Part shown: positions 41,648 through 51,877 of the stretch, piece by piece
How the letters are laid out: each line of letters starts with the position of its first letter
Position numbering within the stretch: the first letter of the stretch is position 1
NCBI GenBank assembly: GCA_964016885.1
Contig: OZ024766.1
Span: forward strand, 16,864,001-16,928,000
Length of the DNA stretch: 64,000 nt
Direction: 5' to 3'
Origin: Eledone cirrhosa
Taxonomy: Eukaryota
The notes under the pieces: model-generated
The model's database searches: none
Seen by the model: the letters and a program-made list of their open reading frames with translations, nothing else
Told to the model about the DNA's origin: nothing
Made by a program: the position numbers and the translations under genes

Positions 41648-44216
41648 TCACCCCTATTCCACTCTTCCTCACCCCCAGGTCTCACCCCTATTCCACTCTT
41701 TCTCGCCCCCAGGTCTCACCCAGGGCCAAGTGTGTCCCCACCCCAGGTCTCACCCCTTTTCCACTCTTTCTCGCCCCCAGGTCTCACCCAGGGCCAAGTG
41801 TGTCCCCACCCCAGGTCTCACCCCTATTCCACTCTTTCTCGCCCCCAGGTCTCACCCAGGGCCAAGTGTGTCCCCACCCCAGGTCTCACCCCTTTTCCAC
41901 TCTTTCTCGCCCCCAGGTCTCACCCAGGGCCAAGTGTGTCCCCACCCCAGGTCTCACCCCTTTTCCACTCTTTCTCGCCCCCAGGTCTCACCCAGGGCCA
42001 AGTGTGTCCCCACCCCAGGTCTCACCCCTTTTCCACTCTTTCTCGCCCCCAGGTCTCACCCAGGGCCAAGTGTGTCCCCACCCCAGGTCTCACCCCTTTT
42101 CCGCTCTTTCTCGCCCCCAGGTCTCACCCAGGGCTAAGTGTGTCCCCACCCCAGGTCTCACCCCTTTTCCACTCTTTCTCGCCCCCAGGTCTCACCCAGG
42201 GCCAAGTGTGTCCCCACCCCAGGTCTCACCCCTTTTCCACTCTTTCTCGCCCCCAGGTCTCACCCAGGGCCAAGTGTGTCCCCACCCCAGGTCTCACCCC
42301 TATTCCGCTCTTTCTCGCCCCCAGGTCTCACCCAGGGCCAAGTGTGTCCCCACCCCAGGTCTCACCCCTTTTCCACTCTTTCTCGCCCCCAGGTCTCACC
42401 CAGGGCCAAGTGTGTCCCCACCCCAGGTCTCACCCCTATTCCACTCTTTCTCGCCCCCAGGTCTCACCCAGGACAAAATCTACCCCAGGTCTCACCCAGG
42501 GCCATGTTTGTCCCTACCCCAGGTCTCACCCAGGGCCATGTTTGTCCCTACCCCAGGTCTCACCCAGGGCCATGTTTGTCCCTACCCCAGGTCTCACCCA
42601 GGACAAAATCTACCCCAGGTCTCACCCAGGGCCATGTTTGTCCCTACCCCAGGTCTCACCCAGGACAAAATCTACCCCAGGTCTCACCCAGGGCCATGTT
42701 TGTCCCTACCCCAGGTCTCACCCAGGACAAAATCTACCCCAGGTCTCACCCAGGGCCATGTTTGTCCCCACCCCAGGTCTCACCCAGGACAAAATCTACC
42801 CCAGGTCTCACCTAGGGCCATGTTTGTCCCCACCCCAGGTCTCACCCAGGACAAAATCTACCCCAGGTCTCACCCAGGGCCATGTTTGTCCCTACCCCAG
42901 GTCTCACCCAGGACAAAATCTACCCCAGGTCTCACCCAGGGCCATGTTTGTCCCTACCCCAGGTCTCACCCAGGGCCATGTTTGTCCCTACCCCAGGTCT
43001 CACCCAGGGCCATGTTTGTCCCTACCCCAGGTCTCACCCAGGACAAAATCTACCCCAGGTCTCACCCAGGGCCATGTTTGTCCCCACCCCAGGTCTCACC
43101 CAGGACAAAATCTACCCCAGGTCTCACCTAGGGCCATGTTTGTCCCCACCCCAGGTCTCACCCAGGACAAAATCTACCCCAGGTCTCACCCAGGGCCATG
43201 TTTGTCCCTACCCCAGGTCTCACCCAGGGCCATGTTTGTCCCTACCCCAGGTCTCACCCAGGGCCATGTTTGTCCCTACCCCAGGTCTCACCCAGGACAA
43301 AATCTACCCCAGGTCTCACCCAGGGCCATGTTTGTCCCTACCCCAGGTCTCACCCAGGACAAAATCTACCCCAGGTCTCACCCAGGGCCATGTTTGTCCC
43401 TACCCCAGGTCTCACCCAGGACAAAATCTACCCCAGGTCTCACCCAGGGCCATGTTTGTCCCTACCCCAGGTCTCACCCAGGACAAAATCTACCCCAGGT
43501 CTCACCCAGGGCCATGTTTGTCCCTACCCCAGGTCTCACCCAGGACAAAATCTACCCCAGGTCTCACCCAGGGCCATGTTTGTCCCTACCACAGGTCTCA
43601 CCCAGGACAAAATCTACCCCAGGTCTCACCCAGGGCCATGTTTGTCCCTACCCCAGGTCTCACCCAGGACAAAATCTACCCCAGGTCTCACCCAGGGCCA
43701 TGTTTGTCCCTACCCCAGGTCTCACCCAGGACAAAATCTACCCCAGGTCTCACCCAGGGCCATGTTTGTCCCTACCCCAGGTCTCACCCAGGGCCATGTT
43801 TGTCCCTACCCCAGGTCTCACCCAGGGCCATGTTTGTCCCTACCCCAGGTCTCACCCAGGACAAAATCTACCCCAGGTCTCACCCAGGGCCATGTTTGTC
43901 CCCACCCCAGGTCTCACCCAGGACAAAATCTACCCCAGGTCTCACCTAGGGCCATGTTTGTCCCCACCCCAGGTCTCACCCAGGACAAAATCTACCCCAG
44001 GTCTCACCCAGGGCCATGTTTGTCCCTACCCCAGGTCTCACCCAGGACAAAATCTACCCCAGGTCTCACCCAGGGCCATGTTTGTCCCTACCCCAGGTCT
44101 CACCCAGGGCCATGTTTGTCCCTACCCCAGGTCTCACCCAGGGCCATGTTTGTCCCCACCCCAGGTCTCACCCAGGTCACTCCTTTCCCACTCTTTTTCA
44201 CCCCCAGGTGTCACCC
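41648..44216. repeat. C-rich minisatellite, ccccaggtctcacc core (68-bp units, then 27/34-bp subunits)
   Basis: Direct reading; starts immediately after the exon 6 donor. Confidence 0.93.
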
Positions 44217-44264
44217 ATATGGAAGGGATATATTAGGTTAACACTTGATATAGCAGGAAGAGGG

Positions 44265-44300
44265 TCTTAACGTTTCGGACGCTAGTCCTTCATCAGAAGA
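44265..44300 (-). ncRNA. Minimal type I hammerhead ribozyme motif (element ~44217-44365, same family as 355-510)
   Basis: Minus strand reads tctt-CTGATGA-a-GGAC tagc GTCC-GAA-ACGT-T-aaga. Confidence 0.72.
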
Positions 44301-44403
44301 AAGAATGAAAAATAAAATAGATTTAGGGGACGGACGGGTTGGTATTGCAAGAAATGTCTTTAGATAAAAATAACAGGTCCTTTCATGTTGCCACCTCTGA
44401 TAG

Positions 44404-44470
<67 letters not shown>

Positions 44471-44475
44471 TATAG

Positions 44476-44762
44476 GGATAGAATGTAGTGTACGGGAGAG
44501 GAGACTGAGGTGGTATGGACATGTGATGCGCATGGAGGATGACCGATGGGTGAAGAAGTGCCAGGAAATGCCAGTTGAAGGAAGACGTAGTAGAGGTAGA
44601 CCACGAAAAACATGGGCGGAGGTGGTGAGAACAGACCTCAGATCATTGAAGCTCACGGTGGAGATGACGAGGGACCGTGACGAGTGGAGAGATGCTGTGC
44701 TGAATAAGACCCGTCCCACCCTTGCAAGCAGGGAAAAGCGAACGTAAAATGATGATGATGAT
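44476..44762 (+). mobile_element. 5'-truncated RTE-clade LINE 3' end with (ATG)n tail
   Basis: RLRWYGHVMRM...RGRPRKTWAEVV...DRDEWR then stop and gatgatgatg. Confidence 0.88.
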
Positions 44763-44777
44763 AGAGAGAGAGAGAGG

Positions 44778-44993
44778 GGCACATGGCTTAGTGGTTAGAG
44801 CATTGACCTTGCAATCGAAAGGTTGTGAGTTCAATTCTCAGACCGGGTGATGTGTTGTTTCCTTGAGCAAGACACTTTATTTCACATTGCTCCAGTTTAC
44901 TCAGCTGTAGAAATGAGATGATAGGGACTGGGGTCCCTATCATTCCACTGCAAAGTGGTCGTGGAGGTGCCACAGCAAAAAAAGTACCCAGCA
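44778..44993 (+). mobile_element. tRNA/CORE SINE 5' half, interrupted by the L1/Tx1-like stack
   Basis: A box TGGCTTAGTGG, B box GAGTTCAATTC, CORE-like domain and one 49-bp unit. Confidence 0.85.
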
Positions 44994-47211
44994 TTTATGA
45001 TAATATTTTACACGTTTTTATTGTATGTAAACTTCCACCTTTGTATTTGTCCCCTTCTTTTGTGCCCCTGTGGCTAATAAAGAAACATATCTATCAGGAT
45101 GGAGAGAGAGGTGCTGTACCCTAGCAAAATTCATGAAAGGTGGGTGAATGTGGCAAAGATGGCCCGAGTGAATGGGCCTTCTCTCTATATCAGCCTGTAG
45201 GTTGAGGAAAAAGAGGAGGAGAGGAAAGGGGTACAAACTCTTTGTACTCCTGGAGATGAGGGTTGCACATTTTTTCGGGGGGTATGTGTTACCCATATGT
45301 AATGTCTCCCCTTATTGGGGAAAATCAAATTGCATTTGTGATAGTATTTTACACGTTTTTATTGTATGTAAACTTCCCCCTTTGTATTTGTCCCCTTCTT
45401 TTGTGCCCCTGTGGCTAATAAAGAAACATATCTATCTATCTATCTATCTATCTATGTAGAACGACTATTGTCGCGGGTGGGACCAATCCAGTTGACCACC
45501 GAGTCCATTGTAATGATCAAACCTCCCACCTCCTTCAAAAACGAAGGAGAGGCGGTTTTCCTATGTGTGATAGCTATGGCGAAAGAGGTTGTATGGTGGA
45601 CGAGGTTAAAAGGGCTGAGGTCAGACACCTTTCTCTCCGGCCAACAACTGATTCTTTTTTTCAAATATCATTTTGGAAGAAGAGTCAGGATGGAGAGAGA
45701 GGTGCTGTACTCCAGCAAGTTCTATGAAAGGTGGGTGAAAGTGTTGAGAATGGCCCGAGTGAATGGGCCTTCTCTCTATATCAGCCTGTAGGTTGAGGAA
45801 AAGGAGGAAGAGAGGAAAGGGGTACAAACTCTTCGTACTCCTGGAGATGAGGGTTGCACATTTTTTCGGGGGTATGTGTTAGCCATATGTAATGTCTCCC
45901 CTTATTGGGGAAAATCGATTAACTTTTAAATTGCATTTGTGATAACATTTTACACGTTTTTATTGTATGTAAACTTCCCCCTTTGTATTTGTCCCCTTCT
46001 TTTGTGCCCCTGTAGCTAATAAAGAAACATCTATCTATCTATCTATCTATAATTGCGTGCGTCACGAAGAAACCGTTGCGCACGCATTGGTGCAATGTCC
46101 GGGCGTGGCTGATCTGTGGGGCTACGCCGAACGACTGCTGTCGCGGGTGGTACCGATTCAATTGACCGCCGAGTCCGTCATGACAATCAAACCGCCTCCC
46201 CTCTTCACAAAGGAAGCAAAGGCGGTTTTTCTGTGCGTAATAGCCATGTTGAAAGAGGTTGTTTGGTGGACACGATTGAAAGGTCTGAGGTCAGGCAACT
46301 TCCTCTCTGGCCATAGTCTGGTCTACTTCTTCCGATATCACTTCGGAAGAAGGATAAGAATGGAGAGAGAGAGAGGTGCTTGGCCACCGGCAGTTTTATG
46401 AAAGGTGGGTGATAGTGGCGAGAATGGCTCGTGTAAATGGGCCTTCTCTGTATACCATCCTGTAGGTAAAGAAGTAAAGGAGAGGGGAGCACCTTCTCCA
46501 TGTGCTCCCCGGGCAAAGGATTGCACACTTTTTCGGGGGTGTGTGCAACCCCCATCACGTCCCCTCCCTTTTGAGGTTATTTTCATGTTATACCCTTTTT
46601 ACTCGATTGTATGTAAACTCCCCCTTTGTATTTGTCCCTTCTTTTTATGCCTTTATGGTAAATAAAGAAACATATCTATCTATCTATCTATCTATCTATC
46701 TCTTTCAAAAACGAAAGAGAGGCGGTTTTCCTCTGTACGGTGGCTATGGTGAAAGAAGTTATATGGTGGACGAGGTTGAGAGGACTGAGGACAGATGCCT
46801 TTCTCTCCGGACAACAATTGATTCCCTTCTTTAAGTATCACTTTAGAAGGAGAATCAGGGTGGAGAGAGAGGCACTGCACCCCAGTAAATTTACTGAAAG
46901 GTGGGTGAATGAAGCGAAAATGGCCCGAGTGATTGGGCCTTCTCTGTTTATAAGCCTGTAGGTTGAGGAAGAGAGCACAAGGAAGAAAGGAGCACTTGCA
47001 CAACACGCTCCTTGAGTTGAGGGTTGTTCTATCTACGGGGTATTAAACAACCCATTTGTGGCGCCTCCCCCCTATTGGGGATTTCGATTGTTGAAATTGT
47101 TTGTTTTTATATTTTTTACACGACTGTATGTAAAATCCCCGGCATGTCTTTGTATTGTCCCCTTTCTTGTTGCGCCCTTGTGGCTAATAAAGAAATCTAT
47201 CTATCTATCTA
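44994..47211 (+). mobile_element. Five head-to-tail 5'-truncated L1/Tx1-like retrotransposon 3' ends
   Basis: Each ends AATAAAGAAA + (TCTA)n (~45095, 45454, 46050, 46700, 47211). C-x3-EETVAHALVQCP zinc-knuckle and VVWWTR motifs of an ORF2 C-terminus. Confidence 0.82.
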
Positions 47212-47217
47212 TTTCAG

Positions 47218-47317
47218 GCTGAGAAGTTATTCAAGCAGGCCTACAAATACGCAGAAATCAACTACAAGAAGTCACAGCAGTCTTGTCAACAGTCGCTTGT
47301 ACATGATACAGCACACA
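47218..47317 (+). CDS. ST7: ST7 exon 7: AEKLFKQAYKYAEINYKKSQQSCQQSLVHDTAH
   Basis: tttcAG / GTGAGT, 100 nt, phase 0 to 1. Matches AEKLFKQA...SQQ. Confidence 0.93.
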
Positions 47318-47714
47318 GTGAGTGTGAGTGGAGTGTGGCTGGTGCGAGTGGAGTGTGGTTGGCTGGTGCGAGTGGATTGTGGCTGGTGCGAGTGGAGTGG
47401 AGTTTAAGTGGGGTGTGGATATTGTGCTGTGTATATCTAACTTTATATCTGTGTGATGATGACATGCAGAAATCCAGTCCACACTGTAAAGTGGTCATGT
47501 AGGGGTCACAACAAAAAGTACCCAGTCCACACTGTAAAGTGGTCATGTAGGTGTCAACAAAAGTATGCAGTCCACACTGTAGAGTGGTCATGTAGGTGTC
47601 ACAACAAAAAGTACCCAGTCCACACTGTAAAGTGGTCATGTAGGTGTCACAACAAACCGCACCCAGTCCACACTGTAAAGTGGTCATGTAGGTGTCACAA
47701 CAAAAAGAACCCTT

Positions 47715-47940
47715 TGCAGTGAGTGGTGGGTGCTTTTTTGCCGTGGCACCTCCACCACCACTTTGCAGTGGAATGATAGGGACCCCAGTCCCTATCATCT
47801 CATTTCTACAGCTGAGTAAACTGGAGCAATGTGAAATAAAGTGTCTTGCTCAAAGAAAAAACACATCACCCGGTCTGAGAATTGAACTCACAACCTTTCG
47901 ATTGCAAGCCCAATGTTCTAACCATTAAACCATGAGCCTT
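47715..47940 (-). mobile_element. tRNA/CORE SINE 5' half, inverted relative to 44778-44993
   Basis: Reverse complement of the head, CORE-like domain and hairpin. Confidence 0.85.
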
Positions 47941-48014
47941 CATATATATATATTTATATTTATACACACAAATACCACCATCACCAACACCTGGATATAT
48001 ATATATATATATAT

Positions 48015-48740
48015 CATCATCATCATCAACGTTTAACGTCCGTGTTCCACGCTTGCATGGGTTTGGACGGGGGTTTTCCCACTTGAGGCAAGAGTGGTTG
48101 TCTTGCTCAGGACTGTCTGGCGGGTTTTCTACAGTTGGATGCCCTTCCTAACACCAACCACATTTACAGTGTGGGTCTGGGAGGTTTTTACTGTGTTGCC
48201 TACACGGCCACATTACAGCGTGGACTGACTGGCGGGTTTTCTACAGTTGGATGCCCTTCCTAACACCAACCACATTTACAGTGTGGGTCTGGGAGGTTTT
48301 TACTGTGTTGCCTACACGGTCACATTACAGCGTGGACTGTGTGGCGGGTTTTCTACAGCTGGATGCCCTTCCTAACACCAACCACATTTACAGTGTGGGT
48401 CTGGGAGGTTTTTACTGTGTTGCCTACACGGTCACATTACAGCGTGGACTGACTGGCGGGTTTTCTACAGCTGGATGCCCTTCCTAACACCAACCACATT
48501 TACAGTGTGGGGCTGGGAGGTTTTTACCGTGTTGCCTACACGGCCACATTACAGCGTGGACTGTGTGTTTTTTTGTCGTGACACCTACACGATCTCATTT
48601 GTTTCGGCCTGGATGGTGTGGCACCAACATAACTTTACATAGAAGGGGGCAGTGTGGATGGGATGGGGATGTATTTTGTTAGAGATGCCTACTGACTGTA
48701 GTAGGTTTTACTATGTATTTAGGTAAGGCGGGTCTTCTCT
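48015..48740 (-). mobile_element. Related RTE-tailed non-autonomous element with ~113-bp internal tandem (4 copies); distal part similar to 635-810
   Basis: catcatc...aacgtccgtgttccacgcttgcatggg tail; ggatgcccttcctaacaccaacc repeated. Confidence 0.65.
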
Positions 48741-48828
48741 ATATATATATATATATACACATACCACCCCCGCCACCTATATATATCTATATTACCTCCA
48801 TATACATCCTGTCTATATATATTTCTAG

Positions 48829-48926
48829 GAAGAGACACTAACGTGTTAGTCTACATCAAAAGGAGGCTTGCCATGTGTGCCCGAAAGTTGGGCAGGACAA
48901 AAGAAGCTGTAAAAATGATGAGAGAT
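48829..48926 (+). CDS. ST7: ST7 exon 8: [33 protein letters not shown]
   Basis: ttctAG / GTAAGT, 98 nt, phase 1 to 0. Near-invariant ST7 motif. Confidence 0.97.
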
Positions 48927-49959
48927 GTAAGTTAGCCTTTAGCACGCTTCAAATTTTTATGAATTGCCTCCCTTGACACTGTGTTATGTATTGAGGGGAG
49001 TTTACTCAATTGGTGACATAATGTGCCTATAGCATCCAGAAAGTTAAAAATGTGTGAGTGATGTAATTTTAACCCTTTAGCATTTAAACTGGTTTTATCC
49101 AGTCAGAATTTTCTCACCTCTTTCTGTTCAAACTGGCTGTAACAAGCTGCCCATACTGATGTTAAGGTATTTTTCTCAAAATACATAACTTCAAAATCTC
49201 ATAGATTCGATATTATGTGAGGTAAAGCCTTTACTGTGACAATACAATAGTATATATAGAGTAATGTAAATGTTATGTGAGATATTATGTGAGGTAAAGC
49301 CTTTACTGTGACAATACAATAGTATATATAGAGTAATGTAAATGTTATGTGAGATATTATGTGAGGTAAAGCCTTTACTGTGACAATACAATAGTATATA
49401 TAGAGTAATGTAAATGTTATGTGAGATATTATGTGAGGTAAAGCCTTTACTGTGACAATACAATAGTATATATAGAGTAATGTAAATGTTATGTGAGATA
49501 TTATGTGAGGTAAAGCCTTTACTGTGACAATACAATAGTATATATAGAGTAATGTAAATGTTATGTGAGATATTATGTGAGGTAAAGCCTTTACTGTGAC
49601 AATACAATAGTATATATAGAGTAATGTAAATGTTATGTGAGATATTATGTGAGGTAAAGCCTTTACTGTGACAATACAATAGTATATATAGAGTAATGTA
49701 AATGTTATGTGAGATATTATGTGAGGTAAAGCCTTTACTGTGACAATACAATAGTATATATAGAGTAATGTAAATGTTATGTGAGATATTATGTGAGGTA
49801 AAGCCTTTACTGTGACAATACAATAGTATATATAGAGTAATGTAAATGCTAAAGGGTTAAATGGATTCTGTGGAATCTTTGGAAATTTCCAGAAAAATTG
49901 TCGGAAATTTCCAGAATTTCATTGGAAATCTCTGGAATATTTTCTCATATTTTTCATTT

Positions 49960-51378
49960 TCAATTCAACTCATCTCAGTTCTTGTCTAATTTCTTCTCAT
50001 TTCATTTCACATCTCATTCATCTTTCATCTAATTTCATTGCATCTCATTTTCATTTCATTTCTTATCTAATATCATCTCATTACAATGCATTCTTCATCA
50101 AATTCTTCACATCTCACCTCACATTTCATCTCACATCTCACCTCACATCTCACCTCTATGCCTGTCGTTTCAGCTAATGAATGTATTTCCCATCATAAAT
50201 GTATTTATAATCCATGAGAATCTAATGTTCCTTTCATCACATCACATCACATCTCACATCTCATCCCTCATCACATCACACCTCTCTCTCTCTCACATCA
50301 CATCGCCTCACAACACACCACTCCCTCTAATCTCCCATCACATCTCATCTCATCACATCACATCTCATCACATCACATCTCATCCTTCATCACATCACAC
50401 CTCTCTCTCTCATCTCCCATCACATCACACATCTCCCATCACATCTCATCTCATCACATCACATCTCACATCATACATCACATCTCATCCCTCATCACAT
50501 CACACCTCTCTCTCTCATCTCCCATCACATCACACCTCTCTCTCTCATCACATCTCATCACATCACATCACATCTCACATCCGCCTTCATCACACATTTA
50601 GACCTCACATCTCTCTCAGCTGCTCACCTTACATCTCTCTTTTCTCCCCTCACATCACATCACATCACATCTCACCATTACATCTCTATCTCACATCTCT
50701 CTCTCACCATCACATCTCTCTCTCTCACATCTCACATCACATCTCACCATCACATCTCTCTCTCTCACATCTCTCTCTCACATCTCACCATCACATCTCC
50801 CTCTCACCATCACATCTCTCTCTCTCACATCTCACCTCACATCTCACCTCTCTCACCATCACATCTCTCTCACATCTCACCTCACATCTCCCTCTCACCA
50901 TCACATCTCTCTCTCACATCTCACCATCACATCTCCCTCTCACCATCACATCTCTCTCTCTCACATCTCACCTCACATCTCCCTCTCACATCTCACCATC
51001 ACATCTCTCTCTCACATCTCACCATCACATCTCCCTCTCACCATCACATCTCTCTCTCTCACATCTCTCTCACCCTCACATCTCACATCACATCTCACCT
51101 CACATCTCACCTCACATCTCTCTCTCACATCTCACCATCACATCTCACCATCACATCTCCCTCTCACCACACATCTCACCTCTCTCACCATCACATCTCT
51201 CTCTCTCACATCTCACCATCACATCTCACCATCACATCTCACCTCACATCTCACCATCACATCTCCCTCTCACCACACATCTCTCACCACACATCTCACC
51301 TCTCTCCACACATCTCACCTCTCTCACCATCACATCTCACCTCACATCTCACCTCACATCTCACCTCACATCTCACCG
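49960..51378. repeat. (CTCACAT)-like low-complexity tract
   Basis: Almost G-free CA/CT tract. Confidence 0.9.
50174..50227 (+). pseudogene. Degenerate partial duplicate of ST7 exon 9 with intact acceptor
   Basis: ctatgcctgtcgtttcAG|ctaatgaatgtatttcccatcataaat... versus ctatgtctgtcgtttcAG|ctaatgaaagagtttcccatgataaat... The peptides are LMNVFPIINVFIIHENLM versus [18 protein letters not shown]. Confidence 0.85.
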
Positions 51379-51396
51379 CTATGTCTGTCGTTTCAG

Positions 51397-51511
51397 CTAA
51401 TGAAAGAGTTTCCCATGATAAATCTATTTACAATCCACGAAAACCTGATCGAGGCCCTACTGGAGCTACAGGCATACTCGGAGGTGCAAGCAGTGTTAGC
51501 GAAATATGATG
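51397..51511 (+). CDS. ST7: ST7 exon 9: [38 protein letters not shown]
   Basis: tttcAG / GTTAGT, 115 nt, phase 0 to 1. Conserved [15 protein letters not shown]. Confidence 0.96.
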
Positions 51512-51877
51512 GTTAGTACACACACATATATATATAGGAAAAAGTAAGACCCCGACGGCAGAGCTCAAGCCATTTCGACGGCTATTTCAGTCCAGAAATA
51601 GCCGTCGAAACAGCTTGAGCTCTGCCGTCGGAGTCTTACTTTTTCCTATTACCCACTCTACTACTCTAAGTATTGAGTACTCTGGTGCGTTATGGTCCAT
51701 CTGGTTCCTTACCACATTTCCTTTGTTATATACGTCCAGAAATAGCCGGCGAAACGGCTTGAGCTCTGCCGTCGGAGTCTTACTTTTTCCTATTACCCAC
51801 TCTACTACCCTAAGTATTGAGTACTCTGGTGCGTTATGGTCCATCTGGTTCCTTACCACATTTCCTTTGTTATATAT

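Noticed and set aside
41557-44241. Long Pro-rich ORFs (524-834 aa)
   Set aside because: Open in several frames because the minisatellite lacks stops; only 41586-41640 is a real exon.
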